Shown here: positions 10,801-18,200 of the stretch, in pieces
Layout: every line of letters begins with the position of its first letter
Numbering within the stretch: position 1 is the stretch's first letter
Assembly (NCBI GenBank): GCA_964643795.1
Contig: CAZXUC010000016.1
Span: forward strand, 5,102 to 69,101
From: an uncultured Halobacteriales archaeon
Lineage (GTDB): Archaea; Thermoplasmatota; E2; JACPAO01; JAHFTW01
Reading direction: 5' to 3'
DNA: 64,000 nucleotides
Translations under genes and position numbers: made by a program
Notes under the pieces: generated by a model
Database searches by the model: none
Told to the model about the DNA's origin: nothing
Seen by the model: only the letters and a program-made list of their open reading frames with translations

Positions 10801-11356
10801 AGCCGTGGTGGAAGAGCCACGCGTAGGGGATTCCTCCCGTTTCGTAGGAGACTTGGCTGGGATCGAGGCCACTGCTCCACATGCCATTGCTGGCAGGGTC
10901 CCAATCCGCTGCGCGCCCCCATTCGTAGGCCTGCCTCAGGGTCCAGGCGTGGGGCCATTTTCCACCGTACGCGTCGGGCAGCGCGGCAGGGTCGGGGGTC
11001 GCCGCAGCGCGCAATGCGGTGCCTGGCACCGTCGGGTCGTAGCCATACCTGGCCAACCAGCCATCCGGGATGCCCTCGCTCGTCGTGCTCCAGCGCTGCG
11101 GATCCGATCCGAAAACGTAGTTCTCTACCACGTCGGGCAAGCTGTCGCCGTCCGTGTCGTTGAGAAGCTGTTCCGGGGTGAATCCAGTGGCGCCCAGGTC
11201 GCGCAGGATTCCCTGGAGCCATGCCTCGTTGGTCGCGTTTGGCTCGGCCGCGTCGGGGTTGGGGCCTTCGCGATCGATGAGCAGGAATGCCGTCGCGCCC
11301 GCCGCCACGAGGACGCCGATCGCCACTAGGGCCAGGGGCAACCTTGGGGCGTTCAT
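4886..11356 (-). CDS. giant membrane-anchored surface protein (2156 aa): DxDxDG Ca-binding repeats, Ig-like (Big) repeats, TM, DUF4129-like cytoplasmic tail
   Basis: Start set at ATG 11356 (MNAPRLPLALVAIG) by the ATGA overlap with the upstream stop. About 15 D(T/S)DxDG(L/I)xD motifs, tandem beta-rich GxLxxxxGxxL modules, TM TPAVLLLAGLATAGAGFVAWRR, then TVRDF...LTKLFERATYS (DUF4129-like). Confidence 0.85.
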   Translation of the reverse strand: MNAPRLPLALVAIGVLVAAGATAFLLIDREGPNPDAAEPNATNEAWLQGILRDLGATGFTPEQLLNDTDGDSLPDVVENYVFGSDPQRWSTTSEGIPDGWLARYGYDPTVPGTALRAAATPDPAALPDAYGGKWPHAWTLRQAYEWGRAADWDPASNGMWSSGLDPSQVSYETGGIPYAWLFHHGFGPEAGAEVAAMRLAKDDFTVYQNFVHATDPRVADTDQDGLSDSAEVNQYGTDPRRFSTSQTGIPDGWLVAHGLDPTNERIGGAQTRGKGMTVQEVWDYNLARFGKEAAITGQGLTPTTISTKGHVIPDGWLVTHGLDPLAVSPGHILQRASDFPHARNLTTTPPGQAPLADLSLTLADHYTYGRPSTWDEAVAGVWWNSLDPADPDTDGDGIPDAVEIRGWYIQVTTGLGPTAEPQWRHVSSDPTLSDTDGDGLTDGQEYFGRALFDGKGIAFKPTDPSNSDTAFSGLPDGTKIIDLGLWTDADPESVLDLPIPGAEGEVPDQWVQPLLHADKRDSAGSYLSDGEAWDFWTAYALSVDGPYPFTGSLCKNWAWAATLPAIQTGLASMQDLPSLFGPLGDINGDGVPNLVDRDADGDDVPTGMEVRPELYRFSEFSTERARPVTDPANPDTDCDTLPDGWEAKYARVDGGRWTLNPAQADSKNDGITDEKRNLDDDVVEWFSYSPSGQPTLHTFAFTNHWERVRVTDPNIADQNQDGVTEGWLHFWGREYPQLVDAGAAGAQVPDQAALAGLKTKFENLLAPHGEQLKMSGEKGGEISYRRIEKVPEGADGTFLNAENAEKYPKDPSNGKGQNPGFTDILEDGATKNVRMGVIEGTYRHTFARDQEHQLNPYLRDTDGDGLDDEWEAFYGRCPGLDSTKRDADQTPAGDGLTNLFVYTSRFAGFWMDSCLKDTDRDGIQDATEVSIAGMDPTNPFDGFAGSAGSDQDNDGITDAQELAQGTNPGLADTDMDGLLDGSSISLTFGQSTHSSDLIAKWRALGIAHSVSADGKVFTFLGEKGKTDPVSRTSVVDGIPDGWLQKYNQVPPNIGHPALHAAYSCNRPAWWDEARLGVWWWGATPSAAFPCVSDMDRDGLDDRNGEDSIPAANRSATPKEHPRVAMSDPAIGRLALQAIAQTWGECAGNPSQCQNAWKGQGDPAGLQAPVELTVDALPATIGKMVQFEVSGKVCVLTGNSCQAVAKRTVTLQIDDPERQDRSLGVAFTDAQGKFTIQACLCTERSVTIPTDGMVAHSRDKGTVDWTIPTHGIPVGGQHSLVVRVYATSATLGSDDAAHPHFINRDVGGTTYHATSRATTEPAAVTVESTTQLTLETPDSLAWSNDRRLPVTTTLVDAAGGPLAGQDVRVTFSWSQQSLTEETNEQGKATWMISAPLDGKFQVQTHFDDTDDLKKSSSAVHDVELQKPMDLALVKLEPASGTIRTGDPVTMEVKATSRDQPAAGIPVRFILESTEVTMTTDAQGLAQATLSTQGITASTITMTAEVKATPQWAGATNATTITVVSGSLLEWIIPATAGHGEALAASGRLTLVDGTGLEGRHLTLFVAGEEVAAATTGKNGEFATDFTLPTTLAPGLWEVRLAYAGEGTIEGKESILPLRLVVPTSITFQDQQAGRGEVLELTGRLSRLTGENLRGEHVTIQLDGENITRALTNSLGYFAVPWTVPDDIALGHHEVRVVYSGSANGTYGATHKKVVLLVPTSTILILEDLGELGRGTHEIEGMLKTTTGEGIANATLNLSFGQDTIGQPRTREDGTFNQTLTLGSDATPGRFQVEAVHLGNETFARSEATASGTLVVQPDLAFYAPQVVGRGNDLTLRATLVDDVGKPVEGATITFNFLGVAVDATTASDGVASAALPVPADTPLQPSAAASTFAGSTGLKPAVGSQDILLKEGARLTVHGPSVPVRPLQPVDVRVYLTDLHGNPLPKQPVSIRFEGDTQAVVVQTDEQGSANATVTVPPLSSGSLLVRYGGDATYGPTETTSEVALVGIQTAKSSFVGTWTPAVLLLAGLATAGAGFVAWRRMRLRDPLLDALKAADKRIGAGASWSETVKQTYHELVEAANLHGHEEFASDSVRDFMRSLASVAPIPPTAAVALTKLFERATYSTGPGGPIEASTARQSLHDIIAAMEGYLKSGAST

Positions 11357-14300
11357 TGGAAGCCCTCCTGGCGTCGCCGGAGCGCCGCGACGGCCGCCAG
11401 GGCCAGGAGACCCGTCCATGCGACCATAGGAGCGCCGCGCTCGTCGATTGCATCTGCATCATCCAAATCAAGCGGCCTGTCGCCCAGTTTGCGGAAGGTG
11501 TTGCCCTCTTCCAGGCCCCAGGCGAGGGTCGGCTGCTGCTGGGATGCGTCGCCCACCCAGCGCAGGGGCGCCACGACGGTGCCGTTGGGCCCCACGGATG
11601 CGAACCGGACGCCGTCCAGAAGTTGTTCTCCCGAGTTGAGGCGCACCTGGACGTTCTCCGCTGCCGTGTCGGACGGATTACGCAACAGGACCGTGATGAA
11701 TGCGACCTCGCCGTGGCGCGGGGCCCTGTCGGGCAGGATCACCTGTTCGAGGACGATTGACGGGACGGTGATGGTGAAAGGAACTGCGAGGGAGGTCTTG
11801 GTGCCACCTTCAGCTGTGAGGGTAACGGCCACATTGCCGATGATTGTTGCAGGCACTGTCCACTCGACCGTGACGACGCGGGTGGAGCCTGGCGGAATCA
11901 TCAGGGTGCTCGGCTTCACCTCGATGGCTTGGCCGCCAGGCCCTGCCGCCATGATGGAGACGGATTCCTCGGTGTTGCCGTTGTTGCGAAGCAGGGCGTT
12001 GATCTGGACGCGTTCGCCTGGTTGCGCAATCGTGGCGTCGCTGGATTGCCAGGTGAGGTTGTGGTGGGCCTTCACGCGGACGGTGATGTCGTGCAGGATG
12101 AGTTGGCCAGCGGCCTGCGCAGCCAGTTGGATTGGGACGTCCGCTGCGATGGCATCCGCTGGCACCTTGATCTGCACGGTGGCTGTGTCGCTGTCGCCTG
12201 CGGGGATTAGCTGGCGCGGGGGCAGCGTGGCGTTCCATGCCCCCGGCAGGACCGCAAGGATCTGGACGTCCTCGATGTCGTTGCCCTGGTTGGTGATCTG
12301 GACGTCGATGGCCAGTGACTGCCCCGGGTCGGCCTCCAACGTGGCTGGGCCTGTGACCACTAGATTCTGCACCTTGAGCACCTCGACCGTGAGGGCCGTC
12401 GAGCCCCCCAGGTCTTCGTCGCCGTCACTTGCACCTTCGACGCGCAGCAATGCGGTGCCCAATACGTGGGCGCCCGCGTCCTGCGGCACGGTGACCTCGA
12501 CCGTGATGCGCTCGAGCTGGTGGGGTGTAAGGGACAGTTCCTGCGGGCCGACGATCCTCGCCGTCCAACCCGCGGGAAGGGTGTCGATGAGATTGAATAG
12601 GAGCGTGACGCCCTCCTTGCCGTTCTGCAAATCAGCATGGAACGTCACCGTATCGCCGGGCAGCGCCTGGATGCGGGGTTGGGCGACGCTTAGGTCGACG
12701 TCGCGGCCAAGCGACAGGGTGGCATGCAGGCGGATCTCGTCCCTTGCTGTTTCCAGGGACGTCGAGATGGCCGTGGTGTCCAGCAGGATGTCCGCGGATT
12801 CCAGCGTCTCGGGAGCCCGTACGCGCAACACTAGGTTGGCCTTCTCACCCGCAGCCAGGGGCCCAATCTGTGTCACGGACTGCGAGTTGCGCAGGATCTC
12901 GGTGTCCCAGCCGCCTCGAAGCCCCTTGTTGGCGAGGCGGAACGTATCTGGGCCGGTGCCCGTGTTCTGCACGACGAACGGGATGTCCTGGACCTCACCC
13001 GGCTGGAGCCGTGCGGGCTGCTGCTCGACGCCGAAGGAGGAGCCGTGGGGACCGAACCAGACCTTCACGTCGAAGTGCTGGCGCAGGAAGATGACCGCAG
13101 AGAAGCCGCCTTGCATGTTCGGGTTGCCTTGCGAGGTGCCGACGACGTTGACGGTGACCTGCGTGTCGACCGGAGTGTCCGCCGGAATGGGCACGCTGAC
13201 ATGCGACAGGACGGCGTTTCCGGTGTTGAGAAGGACGCTTGGCTGCTCGAAGGTTGGGGTGCCGGGCCAGTTGGACGGCATCGTGGTGGCGTGGAAGGCC
13301 ACCATGTCGGGCAGCACCGCACCGTCCCAGCGGCCAAAGTTCTGGACCACGAACGGGATCTTGACTGTCTTGCCCGGCAATGCCTCGACGAAGACGATTC
13401 CCTGGCCGGCGGCAGGTCGCACGTCGACGAGGTGCCCTCTGTAATCGCCCGCCTCGATGCTCGGCAGCTTGAACTGGGGTTGCCCGGCAAGGTAGCGCCG
13501 GTAGTGCTGGGGCTCTCCAAGGGGGAAGACTGACACGGGCTTGCTGGCGTCCAACGTGCCGAGCCCGCCTTCCTGGACGACGTACGCCTCGTTTTGGGAG
13601 AGCGTCTTCTCGCCCGTGAATGCAGCCAAGGCGACGTTGACCGTGGTGTCGGGGTAGAAGGCGTGCACGACGAACGGCGCCTGCACCTGGAAACTGCGGG
13701 CCGCCGCGCCACCGAACGGAGTGGTCTGCACGGGCACGACGTTTGCGGCCTGCGCGCCGTGCAGGACGCGCACAGTCGCCCCGTCGTCGACCGTGATGGA
13801 CAGCGGCGGCGTCGGTCCGCCCTGGAAGAACTGCGAAATCCATCCCTGGCCACTGAGGCGCGCCGGGGTGCCGGAGGGAACCGCCAGATCCTGCTGGTAG
13901 GTGCGCCAAGGCGTGACGCTGCGGTCCTGGACGTCCACGACCGAGCCGGCGCCCGAGGACACGACGAAGCCACCTTGCTGGTTGGCCAATGTGATGGCAA
14001 GAAACTCGTCGCCCACTGGGCCGCCGTGGATCGACGGCGCCTGCGACCATGTCTGCTGGTTGAAGGGCGGGTTGTCCTGGACGAGGATCGGGTGGCCGTT
14101 GGTGACCGTGATCTGCATGCCCTGCTGCTGGTTCGCGGTGAAGAAGCACCAGAACTGGGGATCGCTGGGATGCACTTGGCCGCCGCAGTTGCTCTGGTCG
14201 GTCAGGCCCTGCGTGGTGAAGAGGACCTTCTCGTTTGGATTGCTCGGGTCCAGGCGGGGAGCGATCAGGTGGACTGCTTGCGTGCCGGGCGGTATGTGGA

Positions 14301-15267
14301 AGTGCGTCCCGGATAGGCCTGCGTCCGTGCTGGGGATGAACTCGCCAGCGCCGTTGCCGACGTGCGTGAGCGCGATGACGGGTTTCGTGGCCTCGACCAT
14401 GAAATGGATTGGCGCCAAGCCCAGGGTCCATGTCCTGGATTGGCCGCCGTCGAGCCGGAATGGATGGTCGTCGCCCTTCGGGTTGCCCACGAGGCCCCGA
14501 TTGTCCTTGGATGGGAACGTGCTGATGCCGGGGTACGTGGAGACCGTCACGTCGGTTGCCGGCTGGGTGCCGATGATCGTGAGCGTGGGGGCGAGGGTGT
14601 CACTTCCCGGGTGGTGTCCGAAGAGACGAGTGCCGGCACCCACCCAGTAGAGTCCGTCGAGCAGTTGCTGCCCGCTATCAGGGTACTGGGCGACGGATTT
14701 CTTGGAGTTCTCGGTAATCTCGAAGTACACGAAGTAGTACGCGGATTCGCCGGCCGCGAGCCCCTGCCCCGCCGGTGCGTTGGAGCGGATGGAGGGCTCC
14801 AGGCGCCACTCCAGGGTCACGACGGGGTTGCTCTTGGCGTTGAAGTCGCTGGTCTGGGTCTTGCCGTACTTGGCGGACTGGTCGGGGACGAGCCAATCGT
14901 GGTGGACGGCCACGGGCACCGGGGCGCGGTCGTGGATGCCCTGCCACTGGGTCTTGTACCGGACGAGCCGCACGGAATCGGGGTCCAGGGTGAAGCTTGC
15001 GGGCTTGCCTTCTTTGCTGATCCAGCCGGCGGTGATTGCTTCCTTTCCAAGGTCCATGTGCACCTGGACCGGTGTTCCTGCAGGCAGCTGCGCCGTACCC
15101 GCGAAGACGTGCAGGGGCACGCGGAGGTTCCAGGCGTCACGGAATTGCGAGGGCCCAGTGACCTCGACGCCAGGCGGTGTCCACCACGTGGGCTCCTGGG
15201 AAGACTGGGCGGGGACCGCGGTAAGTCCCATCAGCATCAGGACTGCAAGAAGCGCCCAAGCCTTCAC
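11353..15267 (-). CDS. large secreted surface protein (1304 aa) with NEW3/CARDB-type Ig domains and a PGF-CTERM-like sorting tail
   Basis: Signal peptide MKAWALLAVLMLMGLTAVPA. Repeated VxNxGxxxDxF (NEW3-like) modules. C-terminus APMVAWTGLLALAAVAALRRR. GTGA overlap at 15264-15267. Confidence 0.85.
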   Translation of the reverse strand: MKAWALLAVLMLMGLTAVPAQSSQEPTWWTPPGVEVTGPSQFRDAWNLRVPLHVFAGTAQLPAGTPVQVHMDLGKEAITAGWISKEGKPASFTLDPDSVRLVRYKTQWQGIHDRAPVPVAVHHDWLVPDQSAKYGKTQTSDFNAKSNPVVTLEWRLEPSIRSNAPAGQGLAAGESAYYFVYFEITENSKKSVAQYPDSGQQLLDGLYWVGAGTRLFGHHPGSDTLAPTLTIIGTQPATDVTVSTYPGISTFPSKDNRGLVGNPKGDDHPFRLDGGQSRTWTLGLAPIHFMVEATKPVIALTHVGNGAGEFIPSTDAGLSGTHFHIPPGTQAVHLIAPRLDPSNPNEKVLFTTQGLTDQSNCGGQVHPSDPQFWCFFTANQQQGMQITVTNGHPILVQDNPPFNQQTWSQAPSIHGGPVGDEFLAITLANQQGGFVVSSGAGSVVDVQDRSVTPWRTYQQDLAVPSGTPARLSGQGWISQFFQGGPTPPLSITVDDGATVRVLHGAQAANVVPVQTTPFGGAAARSFQVQAPFVVHAFYPDTTVNVALAAFTGEKTLSQNEAYVVQEGGLGTLDASKPVSVFPLGEPQHYRRYLAGQPQFKLPSIEAGDYRGHLVDVRPAAGQGIVFVEALPGKTVKIPFVVQNFGRWDGAVLPDMVAFHATTMPSNWPGTPTFEQPSVLLNTGNAVLSHVSVPIPADTPVDTQVTVNVVGTSQGNPNMQGGFSAVIFLRQHFDVKVWFGPHGSSFGVEQQPARLQPGEVQDIPFVVQNTGTGPDTFRLANKGLRGGWDTEILRNSQSVTQIGPLAAGEKANLVLRVRAPETLESADILLDTTAISTSLETARDEIRLHATLSLGRDVDLSVAQPRIQALPGDTVTFHADLQNGKEGVTLLFNLIDTLPAGWTARIVGPQELSLTPHQLERITVEVTVPQDAGAHVLGTALLRVEGASDGDEDLGGSTALTVEVLKVQNLVVTGPATLEADPGQSLAIDVQITNQGNDIEDVQILAVLPGAWNATLPPRQLIPAGDSDTATVQIKVPADAIAADVPIQLAAQAAGQLILHDITVRVKAHHNLTWQSSDATIAQPGERVQINALLRNNGNTEESVSIMAAGPGGQAIEVKPSTLMIPPGSTRVVTVEWTVPATIIGNVAVTLTAEGGTKTSLAVPFTITVPSIVLEQVILPDRAPRHGEVAFITVLLRNPSDTAAENVQVRLNSGEQLLDGVRFASVGPNGTVVAPLRWVGDASQQQPTLAWGLEEGNTFRKLGDRPLDLDDADAIDERGAPMVAWTGLLALAAVAALRRRQEGFQ

Positions 15268-18200
15268 TGGCGTCTCCGCCTCCCGACAAGGGTCAATGCG
15301 GCAAAGAGAAGGACGATGAACAGTGGCGAGAGGCCCGGCATCTGCTTGTCCTGGGCATCCACCTTCACGAATTCATTGATCGTCGTCTCTTCCAAGTCGC
15401 CATGGGTGACCGAGACCACGTGCTCGCCGGCCCGCGCCATCCACGGCAACTCCACTGTGGCGGTTCCGCCGGCCGCCAGGGAGACCGCGGCTTCGGCTGC
15501 TAGGAACCCATTGATGTACAGCACGAGAGGGTATTCTGCGTGGGTCAAGCTGCTGGGATTCAGGAGTTCAACCTTGATGCGGCCGGTGTCGCCGGCTTGC
15601 AAGGTGCCGCGCGGCAGGAGTTGCCACCGCATCACCTGCACTCTGGTTCCGTCTCCAGGGGGCGGCAGTTCTGTTGGCTCCAGCTGGCCGGGCAGGATGA
15701 GGGAGCTCCCCGCTGATAGTTGGACGCGGAAGACCTGCACCTGGCCTGGCTCAAGGATGTGCAGCGGCGGCTCCACGCTGGCGCCAGCCTCTTGCCCGAG
15801 GACGTCCAGCAGTGGCAGGCCGGCTGCGTTGCCGGTGTTCTCGATTCGCACCCACACCAGGGTCGCCCCGTCCTCGGCGAGCGTCGTGTACTCGATCTTC
15901 GATTGCCACGCCGGCGCCGGCAGGACCTCGACGACGGCAGCGGCTCGCTGGACGCCTTCCGTGCGGATCTCCACCGCGTATCGCCCAGGGGCAGTGCCAG
16001 GTGGCACCGTGACGAGGATCTCGATGCTGCGTGTCGCGCCGGGTTCCACGGTGACGGGTGCCGGCGTGGCGACATCCCATCCGGCGGGGGCTTGGGGTTG
16101 GATCTGGATCGGGCTGGCCTTCGTGCCGTGGTTCGTCACGTCGACGCTGACGCGGGCCGTCCCAGACCCAGTTGTGACTCGGCCGGCGTGGAACGTGACG
16201 GGCTCGGCGCGTCCGACCGTGACTTCGATCTCGGTGTGCGCCACCGGCGGCAGCAGGGGATCGGTGTGCAAGTCGATCTTGATGGTGCGGGGTCCGGCTT
16301 GGGCAAAAGGAGATGCAGCGACTTGCACAGCGTATTCCTGCACCTCGCCCGCGGTGAGGTTGAAGCGGGCTGGCAGGCCTGTCAGGAGGACATCGTCCTG
16401 GCCGTGTAAGCGGGCCACGAACGTGGTGGTGGTCGCGCGGTCGTTGATGACGCGAACGAAGGCCTCGTGGCTGCGTCCCGGTTCCAGTCGGAGGTCGGTT
16501 GGCTCGATGGCAAAGCCCACACGACCCCGTTCCACGGCCAGGTCCCACCGCGCGGAGAGGCCTTCATCGCCATCCTGCATGGAGCCGAGGCCGGGGATGA
16601 TTTCGAGGAGGATGATCCAGTTGCCAGGCTCGGCGCGCCACTGCGTGGAGAAGGTCACCTCTTGGCCGGGAGCCAGGCGGTCCAAGTTCTTGGACAGGAG
16701 GGGGAATTGGTTGACGAGGCGCACCAGCGTACCTTGGGCGTCCGCGGTGCCGCTGTTCTCGATTGTGCCCGTGATCTGGAGGAGGTCGCCCTCGATGGCC
16801 TTGTGGACCTCGTCCTGGCCCCGCATGACCTTCAGGCTGTCCGGGATGACGCGGAGGTGGGGGCGGTCGACGACGAGGACATCCATGGTTCGCGAATGGA
16901 TGTTGTTGTCGCGCGTGGATTCGCGCAGGAGCCCCATCGGGTCGGCCTGGGCAATGATGTGGACGCGGCCGGTCATCGACTCCTTCGGGATCCACGTCAC
17001 CGGTTCAGATTGCGCCTCGCCCGGCTGGAGGACGCCAAGGCTTCGCGTGCCCAGGACGGTCCATGTCCCCTGGGTGCGGCATGTGACAAGGTCGATGGCG
17101 GGGTCGCCCGTGTCCCATGGGCATACTCCTACCTCGAGGCTGGTGGGGCGGCTCTCCCGTTTCCCGGCGATGTTGGTGACGGTGGCCAGGAACGAAGTCG
17201 GGGTATCGACGTGGATGGTCGTCCCGCCACCATCAGGCCGATCGAGCTTGACGGCTAGATCCGGCAGTGCCGTGGAGAGGTAAGTGAGCGTGAGTGCCGC
17301 CGTCGCCACGGAGTTGGGGTCGCCAAGCGAAGCCACTTCCAGTAGGAGGAAGCCGCCGGCGCCGCCGCCCAACTCGAAGCTCGGGGCAGCGACGCGGACC
17401 CGGGCCAGGGCGGATTCCCCGGCCTCCAATGTGATCGAGGGTGTCAGGATCTGCACATCGAAGACGGTCAACGCTGATTCCGGGGCCAGGCTGATGGTGA
17501 ATGTGTCCTTGGCGGGGCCCGTGTTCTCGACGCGGAAGTGGAAGACCTTGTCCGCGCCCGTGGTCAGCGTTGCGTTGGCCTCCGCTGGCTGCACGATCGA
17601 CGCGTACGACGAGACCGTGACGGCGTCCAACGTGAAGGCCTGGCCGCGGTTGCCAGCAAGGCTGGAGCCGAACCGGAACGCGAAGGAGACGTCGTGGCCA
17701 ACGAGCCGGTGTTCGTTGAGGAGGGCGACGCCGTTGCTGGATCCTGTGGCGGGGCCCAGGGGGACCGAGACGGGACGCCATGTGTCGAGGCGGCGGTCCG
17801 TGAATGCGTCAGCTGGATCGTGGTTTGCCGGCAGGTTCTGCATCATCGCGTTGCCGGTCTGCGCGTTTCCGCGCACGATCTGGCCAGTGTAGTCCGCAGT
17901 GTCGAGGTATCTGTGCAAGTCGCCATCTAGATTGGGGCGGAGGGCCTCGACAATGACGCCGTCGTTGTCACCGAGGTTGGCTTGGTAACGGAAAGTGAGT
18001 GAAGGGTTGAACGGGCTGTCGCGGAATTCGAGGTCGTTCAGGAGTTGCAGGGCGGTGAGATCGATCACTGGCCCGTCCATGCGGACGTCCTGGCGCGGCA
18101 GGTGGGTCCCCGCTGTGAGGTCGGAGGGTCCAATGTAGACGCTTTTTGTGCCGGCATAGGAGATGTCTTCTCTCAGCCTCCAGCAGTCACGGCTGATGCT

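Noticed and set aside
6345-17283. Long plus-strand ORFs (e.g. 6345-7907, 11489-13444, 14362-17283 of 973 aa) and similar ones elsewhere (8180-9622, 44755-46335, 59929-61332)
   Set aside because: Antisense shadows of GC-rich real genes. They are Ser/Arg/Thr-rich with no domain motifs, and the opposite strand has clear motifs and coupling.
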